Assembly: GCA_951406725.2 (NCBI GenBank)
Contig: OX597821.1
Coordinates: 92,628,001-92,692,000, forward strand
Direction: 5' to 3'
Source of the DNA: Octopus vulgaris
Lineage: Eukaryota
DNA length: 64,000 nt
A model generated the notes under the pieces. That model did not search any database and was not told the origin of the DNA. It was given only the letters and a program-made list of their open reading frames with translations. This document shows positions 12,117 to 25,541 of this stretch, piece by piece. Made by a program: the position numbers and the translations under genes. Position 1 is the first letter of the stretch. The number at the start of each line of letters is the position of its first letter.

Positions 12117-13824
12117 ACACACACATATACATACTAGTGGGTCCTGAGAAAATTTCGCAATTCATAAATGATCTTGCTTCTATTTTGATCCAAAAATTTA
12201 TAAGTTTTTCATAACATTGTTTATTATATTTAAGATTTCAATTCTGTCGTCAATTCTATTCTGTAATTAAAGGTAACATTCAAACTCGTTTATTATGTTA
12301 AAAAATGTTTATCTTTAATTGATAATAAAGATTGCTTATTCTGTTTCATTAATATCCTGGCATATATTCAGCTTTGTGTAGGCTTTACTATTTTTGTCGA
12401 TGTGACTGAGATATTCTTCCAATTGACACATCAATTTGTCTCACACTTGGGCCTAGTGCTATTAACCAGGTCCTGCAAGACCTGTTTTCTCATTCTGAGG
12501 CATTTGGTGATAGAAGGCAACATTTTTCACTTATTTATTGATGTGATTAAGATGTTATTCCAATTGACATGTAATTTCATCCAACATTGGAGATCCAACA
12601 TTGTTAACCTGGTCCCACAACACCTGTCTATTACTATGAAGAAGTTGGGGATAAAAGGTAGAAGTTGAAGTCAGTATGAAAAAAGGGCCAGAAAAGATAC
12701 CAAATAACATCTAGTGTGACACCCTAACCATTCCACCAGTTCACTACTCTAAGACTCATATTTATTTATTGAGCCTTGAAGTATATTTGGCAAAGTTGAC
12801 TTGAACAGGATTTGAACTCAGAAAATAGGGAACTGGAACAAACACTGCAATGCTTTCTAGTTGACACTCTAACGGGTCTACTATTTCACCATCTATAGAA
12901 AAGCTTGTGGTGGTGGTGGTGGTGGTGGTGGTGGCGGCAGTGGCGGCGGCAGTGGTGGTGTCGGCAGTGGCGGCTGCAGTGGTGGTGATGGTGGTGATGG
13001 TGGTGGTGGTGGTGGTGGTGGTGGTGGTGTGAAGAATTGATGAAGAAGGCTATAACATTTATAATCATGATGCAGTCCATCAAGTGTCCAAGCATATATT
13101 TTCTCTCATGTTGGTAGGATCAGAAAATTTCACTTATATAGTTTAGGCAGGTATCTGGATGAAAAGAATTCATTAGTACAGTCCTTTTTCTCTGCCAAGT
13201 ATAGCCTGCACCTCCCACTGCTATTGAAGTAAGCATTGCCCTTCTCCAGTACTTTCCACTTGATGCTGTAATTTGTGATGCTGACAAAGCACTAAGAAAG
13301 TGAGAAGCATAAAGTAAATGAGAAAGACAAACAGTGAAAGAGAAGGAAGAGAAGGAAAGAAAACTAGGCAAAGGCTTAGAATCCAGATGAGAATGCTGTT
13401 CTATGGGTGAGATGGTTAACAAGGGAGAAGGAGTGCATGTGTATATGTAAGTATAGGATAATGTTAGTGGTCTAAAACTGGGCATAAGGAGTGGTGTGTG
13501 TGTGTATGTGTCTGTGTAATTATTAGGTGAGTGATAAAAAAGCTCGTATGTGAGGAGGTGAGTGTAGGCACAAGTGTGAAGGAAAAAGATATTGATATAA
13601 AAGTGTGTTTGTTTGTGTTTTCAGGATCAAAGACACATCAATCGTGACCATACTGGATTATTTTCCAGATGTAGTGCATCTTAGACGTATGCATCATATC
13701 CTTTCTTTATTAAAGCAGTAAGGTGTAATTTGAGAAGGAATTTAGCTACTACTTCTCCCAGGTCGAGTGAACATGTCGAAACTCCATTGTTTGCAAGAAA
13801 GAAAAAAAAGGCCAGTGTCCATTG

Positions 13825-14250
13825 TAGGGCCAGATTAAGACCCACCGAGGCCCTAAGCACTTAAAAGATTTTGGCACCCCCATAAAAGACAATGTAATTC
13901 AAAAGATAAACAATAACAAACCATAAAATAATTTTTTATTTTTCAAAACGAACCAGAACAGTAAGAAGAAAAATAATGTTTATTTTTGTATAATCATATT
14001 TTATTTATATTTGAAAAGTTTCCTCCTACTTTTTTGAATTGCAAAGTCTTTGATCAGATCCTCAAAATTAATCTTAGGTAACACATCTGCATCTATATTT
14101 AGTAGAGATAAAGGCATCCCGAATATTATTTTAGCAAGTTTAAAGTGATTTCTTTTGTGTTGTAAACTATTTACCATTTCTGTGGTGCCCCCTCCTTCCC
14201 TTGATGCCCTAAGCACATGCTTATTTTGCTTAATGGTTAATCCAGCACTG
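13825..14250 (-). mobile_element. Internally deleted hAT transposon retaining the transposase C-terminus
   Basis: Perfect 8-bp TSD GTCCATTG (13817-13824, 14251-14258); imperfect TIRs TAGGGCCAGATTAA / TTAATCCAGCACTG; minus peptide LSLLNIDADVLPKINFEDLIKDFAIQKSRRK resembles the hAT dimerisation-domain end. Confidence 0.85.
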
Positions 14251-14314
14251 GTCCATTGAGGGCTGATGTTCAAAGATGATTGTGCTAAATGTTGCCATTA
14301 TCATATCTTTAATT

Positions 14315-14825
14315 AAGACAGTGAGCTGGCAAAATCTCTAACATGTCAGACAAAATGCTAAGCGTCATTTTGTTTGTCTTTAAAGTCTGAGATCAAATTC
14401 TGCTATGGTCAACTTTGCTTTCCATCATTTCAGGGTCGATAAAATAAGTACAAGTTTGAGTGCTGGGGTCCATTTAATCAATTATCTTCCCTCCCCAAAT
14501 TTCAGATCTTGTGCCTATAGTAAAAAACGAATTATTTTATCTTTCATTATAGGTTATGACGATGAGGGTCCCAGCTGATACGATCAACGGAACAGCTTGC
14601 TCGTGAAATTAACGTGCAAGTGGTGAGGTGACAGAATCATTAGCACGGCAGGTAAAATGCTTATCAGCATTTCATGTCTCCTTGTTCTAATTTCAAATTC
14701 TACTGTGGTCGACTTTGTCTTTCATTCTTTTGGGGGTCAATGAAACAATTTCCAGTTGAGGACTGTGGTCATTGTAATCAATTTACTCCTCCTCTCTACA
14801 TTGCTGGCCTTACATAAAAATTTGA
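14315..14825 (+). mobile_element. Two family C SINEs separated by an inverted family B 3' fragment (14550-14622)
   Basis: Homology to other copies in the window. Confidence 0.7.
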
Positions 14826-14912
14826 TTCTGATATTCTGATATTCTGATATTCTTTGGTCAGCTCTGCTTAAGAATATACAGCCATAGCCATATAAAAACA
14901 CTTATGTACCAC

Positions 14913-15100
14913 AGGTACAGGAGTGGCTGTGTGGTAAGTAGCTTGATTACCAACCACGTGGTTCTAGGTTCATTCCTACTGCATGGCACTTTGGGCAAGT
15001 GTCTTCTACTATAGGCCTGAGCCGACCAAAGGCTTGTGAGTGAATTTGGTAGATGGAAACTGAAAGAAGCCCATCGTATATATGTATATAATATATATAC

Positions 15101-15139
<39 letters not shown>

Positions 15140-15368
15140 TATGTATGTGTGTGTATATGTTTGTCCCCCCCCCCCTCAACATCGCTTGACAACCGATGCT
15201 GGTGGTGTGTTTACAACCCAGTAACTTAGAAGTTCAGCAAAAGAGACTGATAGAATAAGTACTAGGCTTCCAAAGAATAAGTTCTGGGGCGGATTTGCTT
15301 GACTGAAGGCGGTGCTCCAGCATGGCCACAGTCAAATGACTGAAACAAGTAAAAGAGTAAAAGAGTAA
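14913..15368 (+). mobile_element. Family A SINE, full length
   Basis: tRNA-like head, CORE-like GGCACTTTGGGCAAGTGTCTTC, internal (TA)n, (AAAAGAGT)n tail. Confidence 0.9.
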
Positions 15369-15693
15369 CCCACGAGTATAGCAGCCAACATGCAAAGATA
15401 TAACATGCCCAACAATGCCAAATACATCTTCAAGATGAGTTGTGATGTTTTAACCCATGGTCATTATCTTTTTAAGGGAGGATATTATTGCAACGTTGCA
15501 AGAGGTTTGGCTATTATCAGATATATATATATAATGGTTTAAGCAAGAATATAAAAACTTCTGGTGAGTCACATGGATAACTTTTTTTTCCTTGGATGTA
15601 CTTGTAAATATATCTGTACAAGTGTGTGTATGTGTGAGTGTCTGGATTGGTGATAATACTGCTGCTACAACAACAATAACTACTACTACTACA

Positions 15694-15744
<51 letters not shown>

Positions 15745-15897
15745 GCTACTACTATTAAGATGCCATTTACAGCTGCATTTGTATAATTTAGATTTTTTTG
15801 GTATTCAGTTTTGTATTTTTGCTAATTCATTTTTTCTCTCTTTCTCTCTCCTCTCTCTCTCTTTCTCTCTCTTTCTCTCTCTCTCTCCTCTCTCTTG

Positions 15898-15966
<69 letters not shown>

Positions 15967-16303
15967 TATGTATGTATGTATTATTCCATAACCAAAATAG
16001 AAATTCATTAACAGTCTTCCTGTGGGTCTATTCTTCCCCATCAGACCTTCATACTTCCATTTGCTGTAGTTGTTGTTGTTGCTGTTCTCTTCCTCCTTCA
16101 TCTTCATTTTCTTTTTCACCTTATTTATTTTTATTTTGTTTCTTTTTTTTTCTTAATTCTTCCCCAACTTTTTGTTATGAGCTATCTTTAGGTTTCATTA
16201 ACTTCATATTATCATATTTTTATATTTTAAGAAAACATTATTTTTGTGGTTGTTTTCATGGTTGTTATTATTATTATCATTATTATTATTATTATTATTA
16301 TTA

Positions 16304-16334
<31 letters not shown>

Positions 16335-16405
16335 GGACAGTGGAAAACAAGGAATATAGAACGTTGGGCAAAAAGCCTTGAAATATTTAGTTATGTCTCT
16401 TAGCA

Positions 16406-16578
16406 CAGTGCTCTGCAGCCTTTATTCACTTGCAGTACACTTTATATTCATTTCAAAATTCGGTGGCACACCTGTACTGAAAATATAACTAAAAGTACAG
16501 GCAAAAAAATTATATTCAGGTTAACTAAATATTTCAAGGCACATGAGTATGTAACAGCATACCGGTTGCAGAACACTG
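16406..16578. mobile_element. hAT-type MITE
   Basis: TIRs CAGTGCTCTGCAGCC / GGTTGCAGAACACTG; 8-bp TSD TCTTAGCA/TCTTAACA. Confidence 0.8.
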
Positions 16579-16667
16579 TCTTAACATACTGAATTCCAAT
16601 AGCAGCAAGAGTAACTCTATCTTTCATTCTTTGATAAATGAAAGGACAAGTGCTGAAGTTAACTTAA

Positions 16668-16872
16668 CTCTTGTGTTACCAGCTTGGCTCTGTTGTACAA
16701 ATGTCTTGTTTTCATAAGTTTTGAATTAAAATCTTCCATCAAATCTTAGTCACAATTAATGTTCCTAACACTAGCTTAATGATAACTAAGTTATTATGCT
16801 AAATTCTTGTTGTATTTAAAATTAATTGAAAGAAACACGAAACGTCTAAAAATAAATACAGTAATGAAAGGG
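16668..16872. mobile_element. piggyBac-type MITE
   Basis: TTAA at both ends; degenerate TIRs CTCTTGTGTTAC / GTAATGAAAGGG. Confidence 0.65.
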
Positions 16873-16947
16873 TTAAAATGCTAACCATTCACTCTAAATT
16901 TGTGGTTCTGGACTCATGTTATAGATTATTATTATTTTTATTTGTTA

Positions 16948-17160
16948 AAAGCAGTGGGCTGGCAGAATTGTTGGCATGCTGGACAAAATGCTTAGTGATG
17001 TTTCATCTGTCACTCCATTCTGAGTTCAAATTCCACCGAGGTCAACATTACCTTTCATCCTTTTGGGGTCAATAACATAAGTAACAGTTGAACACTAGAG
17101 TCGATGTAATTGACTCATCCTTTCCCCCAAAATGACCACTTTTGTGACAAAATTTGAAAC

Positions 17161-17202
<42 letters not shown>

Positions 17203-17424
17203 GATGGTGAGCTGTGAGAATTGTTAGCACACATCGCCACATTCTCAGTTCAAATTTCACCGAGGTTGACTTTGCCTTTCATCCTTTTAGGGATGATTAA
17301 ACAAGTACCAGTTGAACACTAGGGTCAATTTATTCATCCCTTCTGCCAAAATTGCTGCCCTTGTGGCAAAATTTGAAGCCATTATTATTATTATTATTGC
17401 TGTTATTATTATTATTATTATTAA

Positions 17425-17485
<61 letters not shown>

Positions 17486-17705
17486 GTAAAGGCAGCATGG
17501 TGGTAGAATCATTAGCACACTGGACGAAGTGCTTGGCAGTATTTTGCCCATCACCATGTTCTGAGTTCAAATTCTGCCGAGGTCAACTTTGCTTTTCATG
17601 CTTTCAGGTTCGATATAATACGTACCAGTTGAGCACTGGGGTCGATGTAATTGATTTACCTCTACCCCTGAACATGCTGGCCTTGTGTCAAAAAATTTGA
17701 AACTG
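16948..17705 (+). mobile_element. Three head-to-tail family C SINEs separated by (ATT)n
   Basis: Repeated GTTCAAATT...CCTTTCATCC...GTACCAGTTGA cores. Confidence 0.85.
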
Positions 17706-17896
17706 TTGTTATTGTTATTTGTGTTGATATATATTTGTTCACTTGTTGGATTTCCTAGAAAATGATTGGTTTACATACTGAACTGAGATGGAATGCTACA
17801 GAGGTCTTGGTCATTGAGAGATATCATTGTTACATCTGGTGTCTTTTACCCACTGGAAAGAAAAGAATTTAAATTGCTAATATATATATATATATA

Positions 17897-18142
17897 TCAT
17901 CATCATCATCATCGTCGTTTAGCGTCCGTTTTCCATGCTAGCATGGGTTGGACGGTTCTACTGGGGTCTGTGAAGCCAGAAGGCTTCATCAGGCCCAGTC
18001 AAATCTGGCAGTGTTTCTACGGCTGGATGCCCTTCCTAACGCCAACCACTCCATGAGTGTAGTGGGTGCTTTTTACGTGCCACCCGCACAGGTGCCAGAC
18101 AGAGCTGGCAAACGGCCACGAACGGATGGTGCTTTTTATGTG
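17897..18142 (-). mobile_element. Family D retroposon, 5'-truncated
   Basis: (CAT)n tail on +, shared body, two internal repeat cores. Confidence 0.85.
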
Positions 18143-18921
18143 GTATATATATATTGTAGTCAACCACAACGATTTAGGGAAGAAGTGCTCAAAAAATACA
18201 ACAGAAAAAAAATAACAAATAACATTTTTACTTCAGAAAGTACACATAAGGAAAATGTAATTTTCCTAGACAAAATATCTTTTAACACAGTTTCATCCAC
18301 TAATGCCCACATGGAGTTTTAGCTAAAATTTTTATATAGGAAACAGCAAAAATTTGTTTACTTGTGTTCCAGTTAAGAAATTGCAAATATGAGCTGATTA
18401 ATAGAGAAAAGAATAATGTGGCACAAATATATGACCAATACAAATACTTCCTTATATGAGACTGTTATTGAAGAGTGATAGAAAAGGGAGACAGTTTCTC
18501 TTTCTCTCTGCTTTGCAGATCAAGATAGGAAGTTTCAAGGAAGCCCTAGACAATGTGTGGTAAGATGTAGCTTGCAGTTAATGGAACAAGGCAGATGAGA
18601 GAAAATGTGTTTCTGGTTTCAAGAGCAAAACCAAGATCAGATGACCAACACCTGCCCACAGGCTCATATCATAATATGTGCTTCAGCATAAGGCAAGGGT
18701 TAGAGCCAAGAGCATTGGTAGTGCAGTTGATGTTTGGTTCTTGTCATCTTCTTGACACAATATGGGCAGATATGGTTGAGATGAGTGTGTTTGGATAAAC
18801 AAGTATCATTTTAAAACTGTACTCAGAGATAGAAATTTTGTTTCATAATAATTTATTCTATGTTTCAATTGGTTTGCTATCTGGTCAAAATCAGGTGTCA
18901 TTTCCTGAATCTATACATATA

Positions 18922-19138
18922 TCTATTTCTTTACTACCCTCAAGGGGCTAAACACAGACGAGACAAATGGATTAAGTCGATTACATTGACCCCAGTGCGT
19001 AACTGGTACTATATTTATCGACCCCGGAAGGATGAAAGGCAAAGTCGACCTCAGTGGAATTTGAACTCAGAATGTAACAGCAGACAAAATACAGCTACGC
19101 AGTTCACCCAGAGTGCTAACGTTTCTGCCAGCTCGCCG
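18922..19138 (-). mobile_element. Family C SINE
   Basis: Reverse complement of 32556-32788 and 63604-63830. Confidence 0.85.
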
Positions 19139-19208
19139 AGAAGATAGCGGGTGGATAAGAAAGTTATTTATTAATCTTAGTTTGAAAATGTAGGTTCCTA
19201 GTTTGAAT

Positions 19209-19512
19209 GTAGATAAGTTTGAAGCAAATAAGGCCGAAAATGTCGTTAGAAGCTGGGATCACCAAGTGTAGATTGGCATATTTCGGTCATATTATGCGGA
19301 GAGAATCCCTGGAGAAGGACATCATGCTCGGAATGGTCAGTGGCAAGAGAGGAAGAGGCCGACCAAGAACCCACTGGCTTGACACCATCAGGAGTGATAC
19401 CAGAATGGACATGGCCAATCTGAAGGAAGCGGCCCAGGATAGAACTGACTGGAGGACACTGATCCAACGAGTGACCGAGAGTTGACTTCGACTGAGCGGA
19501 TAGAGAGAGAGA
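19209..19512 (+). mobile_element. RTE-clade LINE 3' end (5'-truncated)
   Basis: RLAYFGHIMRRESLEKDIMLGMVSGKRGRGRPRTHWLDTI, typical RTE ORF C-terminus; (GA)n tail; TSD AGTTTGAAT at 19200-19208 and 19513-19521. Confidence 0.9.
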
Positions 19513-19817
19513 GAGTTTGAATCCAGTTTGGGACAAAGTACACATCAAAGAATAAGACACAACAATGATGATTGGATGAAAACACTGAAAACCCGCTGGC
19601 TTGACACCATCAGGAGTGATACCAGAATGGACATGGCCAGTCTGAAGGAAGCGGCCCAGGATAGAACTGACTGGAGGACACTGATCCAACGAGTGACCGA
19701 GAGTCGACTTTGAATGAGCGGATAGAGAGAGAGAGAGAGAGTTTGAATCCAGTTTGGGACAAAGTACACATCAAAGAATAAGACACAACAATGATGATTG
19801 GATGAAAGCACTGGAAA
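19369..19817 (+). repeat. 222-bp tandem duplication spanning the RTE 3' end and its flank
   Basis: ACCC(A/G)CTGGCTTGACACC at 19369 and 19591. Confidence 0.95.
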
Positions 19818-20115
19818 CATGTAAACATTAAAATTATATAATGTTTCTCATAGCTAAAGACATTAATAGCAAAAACATTAGAAAGGAAGTTAATCTTATT
19901 TAAAATGACTATTGTAATGTTTTAGACATTAGATAGCATTTATCCATTCTGTCCACATAATTCCCTGTAAGACCCTGGAATAAATCTAATGAAGTGTCCA
20001 ACCCATCCGCCTTACAGAATCAAATTCTAGTACAAACATAAAAAAAAAGCCACACTGATCTTCCTTTCCCTCAGTTGTTCCTCATGCTTTTTCTATCTTT
20101 TGTCATCTCTATCTG

Positions 20116-20160
<45 letters not shown>

Positions 20161-20427
20161 ACGCATACACACACACATATATATTTATATACATATATAT
20201 ATCCTTCGTCTTATCTCGCCCTCTCTCTCTCTCTCTCTCTTTATCTCTCTCTCTCTCTACGTTTCTTTCTCTCCCTCCCCCTCTCACACAACTGATGTTT
20301 TCTTTTTATCCAATAATTCTTCTGTCATTAATTTTAAATCTTTCTAAATAAACATATTTTAACCAGTTTTTTTCTTTTCCTTTCCATATTCATTTGACAG
20401 CCTTCATGACAATCTGTCCGGCTCTCC

Positions 20428-20646
20428 ATTATCATCATCATCACCACCATCCTCCTCATCCTCATCATCACCACCATCATCATCATCATCATCATCCTCA
20501 TCGTCATCATCATCATCATCGTCGTCATCATTATCATCATCATCATCATCATCATCATCACCACCATCATCCTCATCATCATCATCACCACCATCATCAT
20601 CATCATCATCCTCATCGTCATCATCATCATCATCGTCGTCATCATT

Positions 20647-20688
<42 letters not shown>

Positions 20689-20781
20689 GTCGTCATCATT
20701 ATCATCATCATCATCATCATCATCATCACCATCATCATCGTCGTCGTCATCATTATCATCATCATCATCGTCGTCATCATT

Positions 20782-20816
<35 letters not shown>

Positions 20817-21910
20817 TGTCGTCATCATCATGATCATGATCATCATGATCATCGTCGTCGTCGTCGTCGTAATTGCTGCAGTGAGTATTGAAACACTATT
20901 AGCAAATAATTTGTTCCATTATCTTCACCATACTTTATTTCAGATTTTCTACTCAGTTCAACTTATACTATTATTTTAATGAAACTAATGATGATAATGT
21001 TGGTATTGGAGGCAGTGGTGGTGGTGGTGGTGATGGAGGTGGTGGCGGTGATGGTGGTGGTGGTAGTGGTGGTGGTGGTGGTGGTAGTGGTGATGGTGGT
21101 GGTGGTAGTGGTGGTGATGGTGGTGGTGATGGTGGTGGTGGTGGTGGTGGTGGTGATGGTGGTGGTGGTTGTGGTGGGTGGTGGGTGGTGGTGGTGGTGG
21201 TGGTGGTGGTGGTGGTGGTGATGGTGGTGGTAGTGATGGTGGTGGTGGTGGTGGTGGTGGTGGTGGTGGTGGTGGTGATGGTGGTGGTGGTGGTGGTGGT
21301 GGTGGTACGACTAACGTTGATGTTCTTCTTACTGTCCTTGATGCTGTTGCTAGTGTTGCTGATGCTGGTGACTTCTATTGTTGTTGATATGACAGCTGCT
21401 CTTGTTTGTTATTGCTGTGACTACTGCTGTTATGTTGTGCCTGTTGCTGTTGTTGTTGCTGTCGCTTTCATTGCAGTTGTTGCTGTTGTTGTTGTTGGTA
21501 CAGTTGTTTCTGGGACTGCTGTTGTTGTTATTGCAATTGTCACTGTTGTCGTATTTACCTAAGGTGCAAGTTTTCTATAGCCCGAAGGAAAAAAACTTTG
21601 CTTATGAACTTCACAGGTAACTCACAAGTGATTTGAGACATGAGGGAATCGATGCACTTTACATTTCACGGGAAAATTTGCTTCTCAACAATCACAGAAA
21701 AAATACAAGAAGGCATGTCATAATGACAATGTTCTGGAGACATAGTACAGGGTATAGTATTTAGAGTAGGACATGGGAACCTGGATTCAATTTAACCAAT
21801 GAAAGGATAAAAGATTACTAATTTAGGGGTGATGAATAAAAGTGGTGCAAGATCCACCCCCTCTACAGAACAGTGGTCAATATCATCATCATCAGCAGCA
21901 GCAGCAACAG

Positions 21911-21977
<67 letters not shown>

Positions 21978-22020
21978 TTCATCATCATCATCATCATCAC
22001 CATCATCATCGTCATCATCC

Positions 22021-22053
<33 letters not shown>
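20428..22053. repeat. (CAT)n 20428-20870, (GGT)n 21010-21307, (GTT/GCT)n, (CAT)n 21883-22053
   Basis: Direct reading. Confidence 0.95.
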
Positions 22054-22054
<1 letters not shown>

Positions 22055-22729
22055 TTAATATTTGTCTTCTAAGCTAGCATGGGTGGGACGGTACCACAAG
22101 AGCCGGCCAGGCCAAAGCCTGCACCAGACTTCTATGACTGTTTTGGCAGGATTTTTACGGCTGAATGCCCTTCCTAACACCAACCATTCAATGGAGTAGA
22201 CTTGGTGCTTTTCACAAGGCGCAAGCACAGGCAAGGTCAGTTTTGGCAAGGTTTTTTCGGCTGGATGCTCTTCTGAACACCAAACACTTTGCAGTGTGGA
22301 CTGGGTGCTTTTAAGTGTACCTGCACTGACAGGATCACCAAGTACTTGCAAGACAAACACTTTTAAGAGGGGAGGAGGCATTGGAGGAGGTGATAGTGAA
22401 AAGGTTATAGTGAGACTGATACAGGTGTCTCGCTGTAGAGGAAGTACCTGGCTGAAAAGAGAAAAACCAGGAATGAAGACAGAAGCAGGTGTGTTACCAC
22501 AAAGAAAATACATGGTTGCTCAACCTGAGAGAAGCATAGGAGAAGGAGAGAGAGTGGGAGACAGCAGGATAAAGATGGTGGCAAAATGCCAGGCATACTC
22601 ACAAGGGATGGGGATCAGAATATAAATGAGATGGTTGAATAAAAGAAGAGAGAGATATAGATGGTGGCAAGTGCCATGGCATAGGACAGCACAAATCTGT
22701 GACCCAGAGATTAAAGTAGGATAATGAGT

Positions 22730-23540
22730 GATTCTTGCCAATCTGTTGAGTAGCCTTTCTTTGGATGTGATATGATCTAAGATTTGTATAGTAGTAGCAC
22801 CACCATAATACCAAATGTGAGAGAAGTACTCTTTTGAATGCGTGTGTGGCAGGGGAATTTGACTTGAATTTTCTGAAGAGTCAGTAAGATGATGGGCGAT
22901 TTCTTGCAAATCTGTTGAGTAGCCTTTCTTTGAATGTGATATGATCTACGATGTCAATATTTTTACAGTAGTAGCACTATTTATTGAGAGTTGTGTATTT
23001 CCAAATCCTAAAACAGAAAGTGATATTTATAATGGATTAGTTATTATTCTGAAGATGTATATTTGCCAGGAAAGATTTTCAGGGATTATGGTTGCCTTTT
23101 ATGGATTATGGTTGCCTTTTAAAGTTCTGGTATGTGTTGGTTGTGTTTAAAAGGTGATATATCCAAAGATTAGGTCCTCGTACAGTTGAACAGAAAAGAT
23201 TAGTCAATAATTCATTTGAAGGATGTTCTTCAATTCGCTGATCATGGATTCAGTGCTTGTTTTATGTGAGGAATGTAGATTGCTTGTGTGACTAGGGTGA
23301 ACAAGGTCAGGAATTAATGAAATTGATATTATTTATATATGAATAGATGTTCTTATGTTAACTTTTATAGTTTTTCTCAGCTTTCAACTTCTGGAAATTT
23401 GACAATGTTTGTACAAGCAATTGTGAATGTTGGTATGTGTAATTATTTCTTCGAGCCTTATATATTTTAGGTGTATGTCTGTAAATGTGTTTGGCTCCTA
23501 ATATAATAGAGTTTAAAGATTTCTGTATTACTTTTCTGGA
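22730..23540 (-). pseudogene. Highly degenerate retroelement remnant, possibly Penelope/Neptune linker-GIY-YIG region
   Basis: Minus peptide CYYCKNIDIVDHITFKER among many stops; ~50-70-bp direct repeat at 22732/22901. Confidence 0.3.
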
Positions 23541-23897
23541 AGGATATTTCTTTATTACCCACAAGGGGCTAAACATAGAGGGGTCAAACAAGGACAGACA
23601 AAGGGATAAAGTCGATTACATCTACCCCGAAAGGATGAAAGGCAAAGTCAACCTCGGCGGAATTTGAACTCACAACGTAGTGGCAGGAGTCATTGCCATA
23701 GTCTAGAAGGAAGATGGATACATTTAATTCTTTTTGTTCCTATGTTCCTGGGTATTTTTTTTTTTTGATGACCAATTTTCAAGAAATGTTTTATGTGGAT
23801 GGTTGCGTGGTTTTGGAATACGGGTAAGCTATTTGAAGTTGTTATTGTAAACAGAATGTGGTGTGACTTTTGTAGTCATTGGTTATCCTTTTACTTA

Positions 23898-24215
23898 CTG
23901 GCATTCCGTTGGTTATGATAATGAGGGTTGCTGTTTATCTGATTGACAGAACAGCCTGCTCATGAAATTAAAGTGCAAGTGGCTGAGCACTCCTCAGACA
24001 CATGTACCCTTGATGTAGTTCTCAGGGAGTTTCAGCATAACACAGAGTGTGACAAAGCTGGCCCTTTGTGATAGAGGTACTAGTTGTTTTTGCCAGCTGA
24101 GTAAACTAGAGCAATGTGAAATAAAGTGTCTCGCACAAGGGCACAATGTGTCACTAGAAACTGAACTCATGACCTAGCAATCATGAGGCAAATACTCTAA
24201 CCACTAAGCCATGTC
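23898..24215 (-). mobile_element. tRNA-derived SINE sharing its 3' half with family B
   Basis: rc head GGCTTAGTGGTTAGAGTA; 3' ~180 bp homologous to family B. Confidence 0.75.
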
Positions 24216-24263
24216 CCTTTACAGTTATTCTTCTATATAGGACTTTACTGTATACATTCAATG

Positions 24264-24628
24264 TGGAGGCACAATGGCCCAGTGGTTAGGATAGTGGAAT
24301 TGTGGTCATAGGATTGCAGTTTCAATTCCCAGACCAGGCATTGTAACTGTTTATTGAGCAAAAACACATAAAGCTCAACAAGGCTCCAGCATGGGGTGGT
24401 GGTGAACCCTGCTGTACTCTTTCTCTCACTCTTTCTTCCTGTTTCTGTTGTACCTGTATTTCGAAGGGCCAGCCTTGTCACACTGTGTCATGCTGAATCT
24501 CCCTGAGAATTATGTTAAGGGTACACATGTCTGTGGAGTGCTCAGTCACTTGCACGTTAATTTCATGAGCAGGCAGTTCCGTATATCGGATCAGCTGGAA
24601 CCCTTGTCATCGTAACCGACAGAGTACC
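24264..24628 (+). mobile_element. Family B SINE
   Basis: Homologous to 7510-7889. Confidence 0.85.
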
Positions 24629-25159
24629 ATGATGTACATGCAATATGTCATTCACTGCATAAAAGGTAAGGATATGCCAAGAAGAAAATTTGACTGATAT
24701 TTCTATCAGATCACAAGGCCACTTAAAGCCTTCCTTAGCGGATTCTCACAAGTGTTGTTGTTTACAACCAGTTCAGTTTTTGTCAGGCAAGTTTACGGAC
24801 AAAGTATTACAGATGCGATTATAGAAAAATTTGGCTGCTATATCTAGCAGATCAAGGGACCACGTAGAAATCCCTTAATTGTTATTGGTGGCAGCAATGC
24901 TAGAACTGGTGGTAGTGCTGATGTTGTTGTTGTTGCTGTCGTTATTTCTATAGTGGTAATGGTGAAGGAAGTGATGCCATTGTTGTTGCCGTTCTTGATG
25001 TCAGCCTCTCCGACTTTTTTTTTTTTGTGTTGTTGTTTCTTCATCATCTTTGCTATCTCAAGTCTTTAATTACTTTCTTGCAAATTATCATTTTTTTGAT
25101 ATGGCATACTTAGCTATTTCTTAATAAAATTTCATTCTTTCTTATCTTTATTACACACG

Positions 25160-25288
25160 CATGAACAGACACATATACATTAAAATGTATATATCTATAT
25201 ACATATTATGTGTGTGTATATATGTATATATGTATGTAAGTATGTATGTATGTATGTATGTATGTATGTATGTATGTATGTATGTATG

Positions 25289-25328
<40 letters not shown>

Positions 25329-25369
25329 AATCTATCTATCTCTCTATCGATATCTATATATATATACAC

Positions 25370-25449
<80 letters not shown>

Positions 25450-25489
25450 ATATACACACAAACACAAATGCACATGTACATATATGTGT

Positions 25490-25541
<52 letters not shown>

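Noticed and set aside
13151-13228. 78-nt possible exon (YLDEKNSLVQSFFSAKYSLHLPLLL)
   Set aside because: Weak acceptor, no recognisable homology and no convincing partner exon.
18519-18559. 41-nt segment with good acceptor and donor (IKIGSFKEALDNV)
   Set aside because: Also resembles a decayed CR1 C-terminus (SFKxxLD); cannot be resolved without transcript data.
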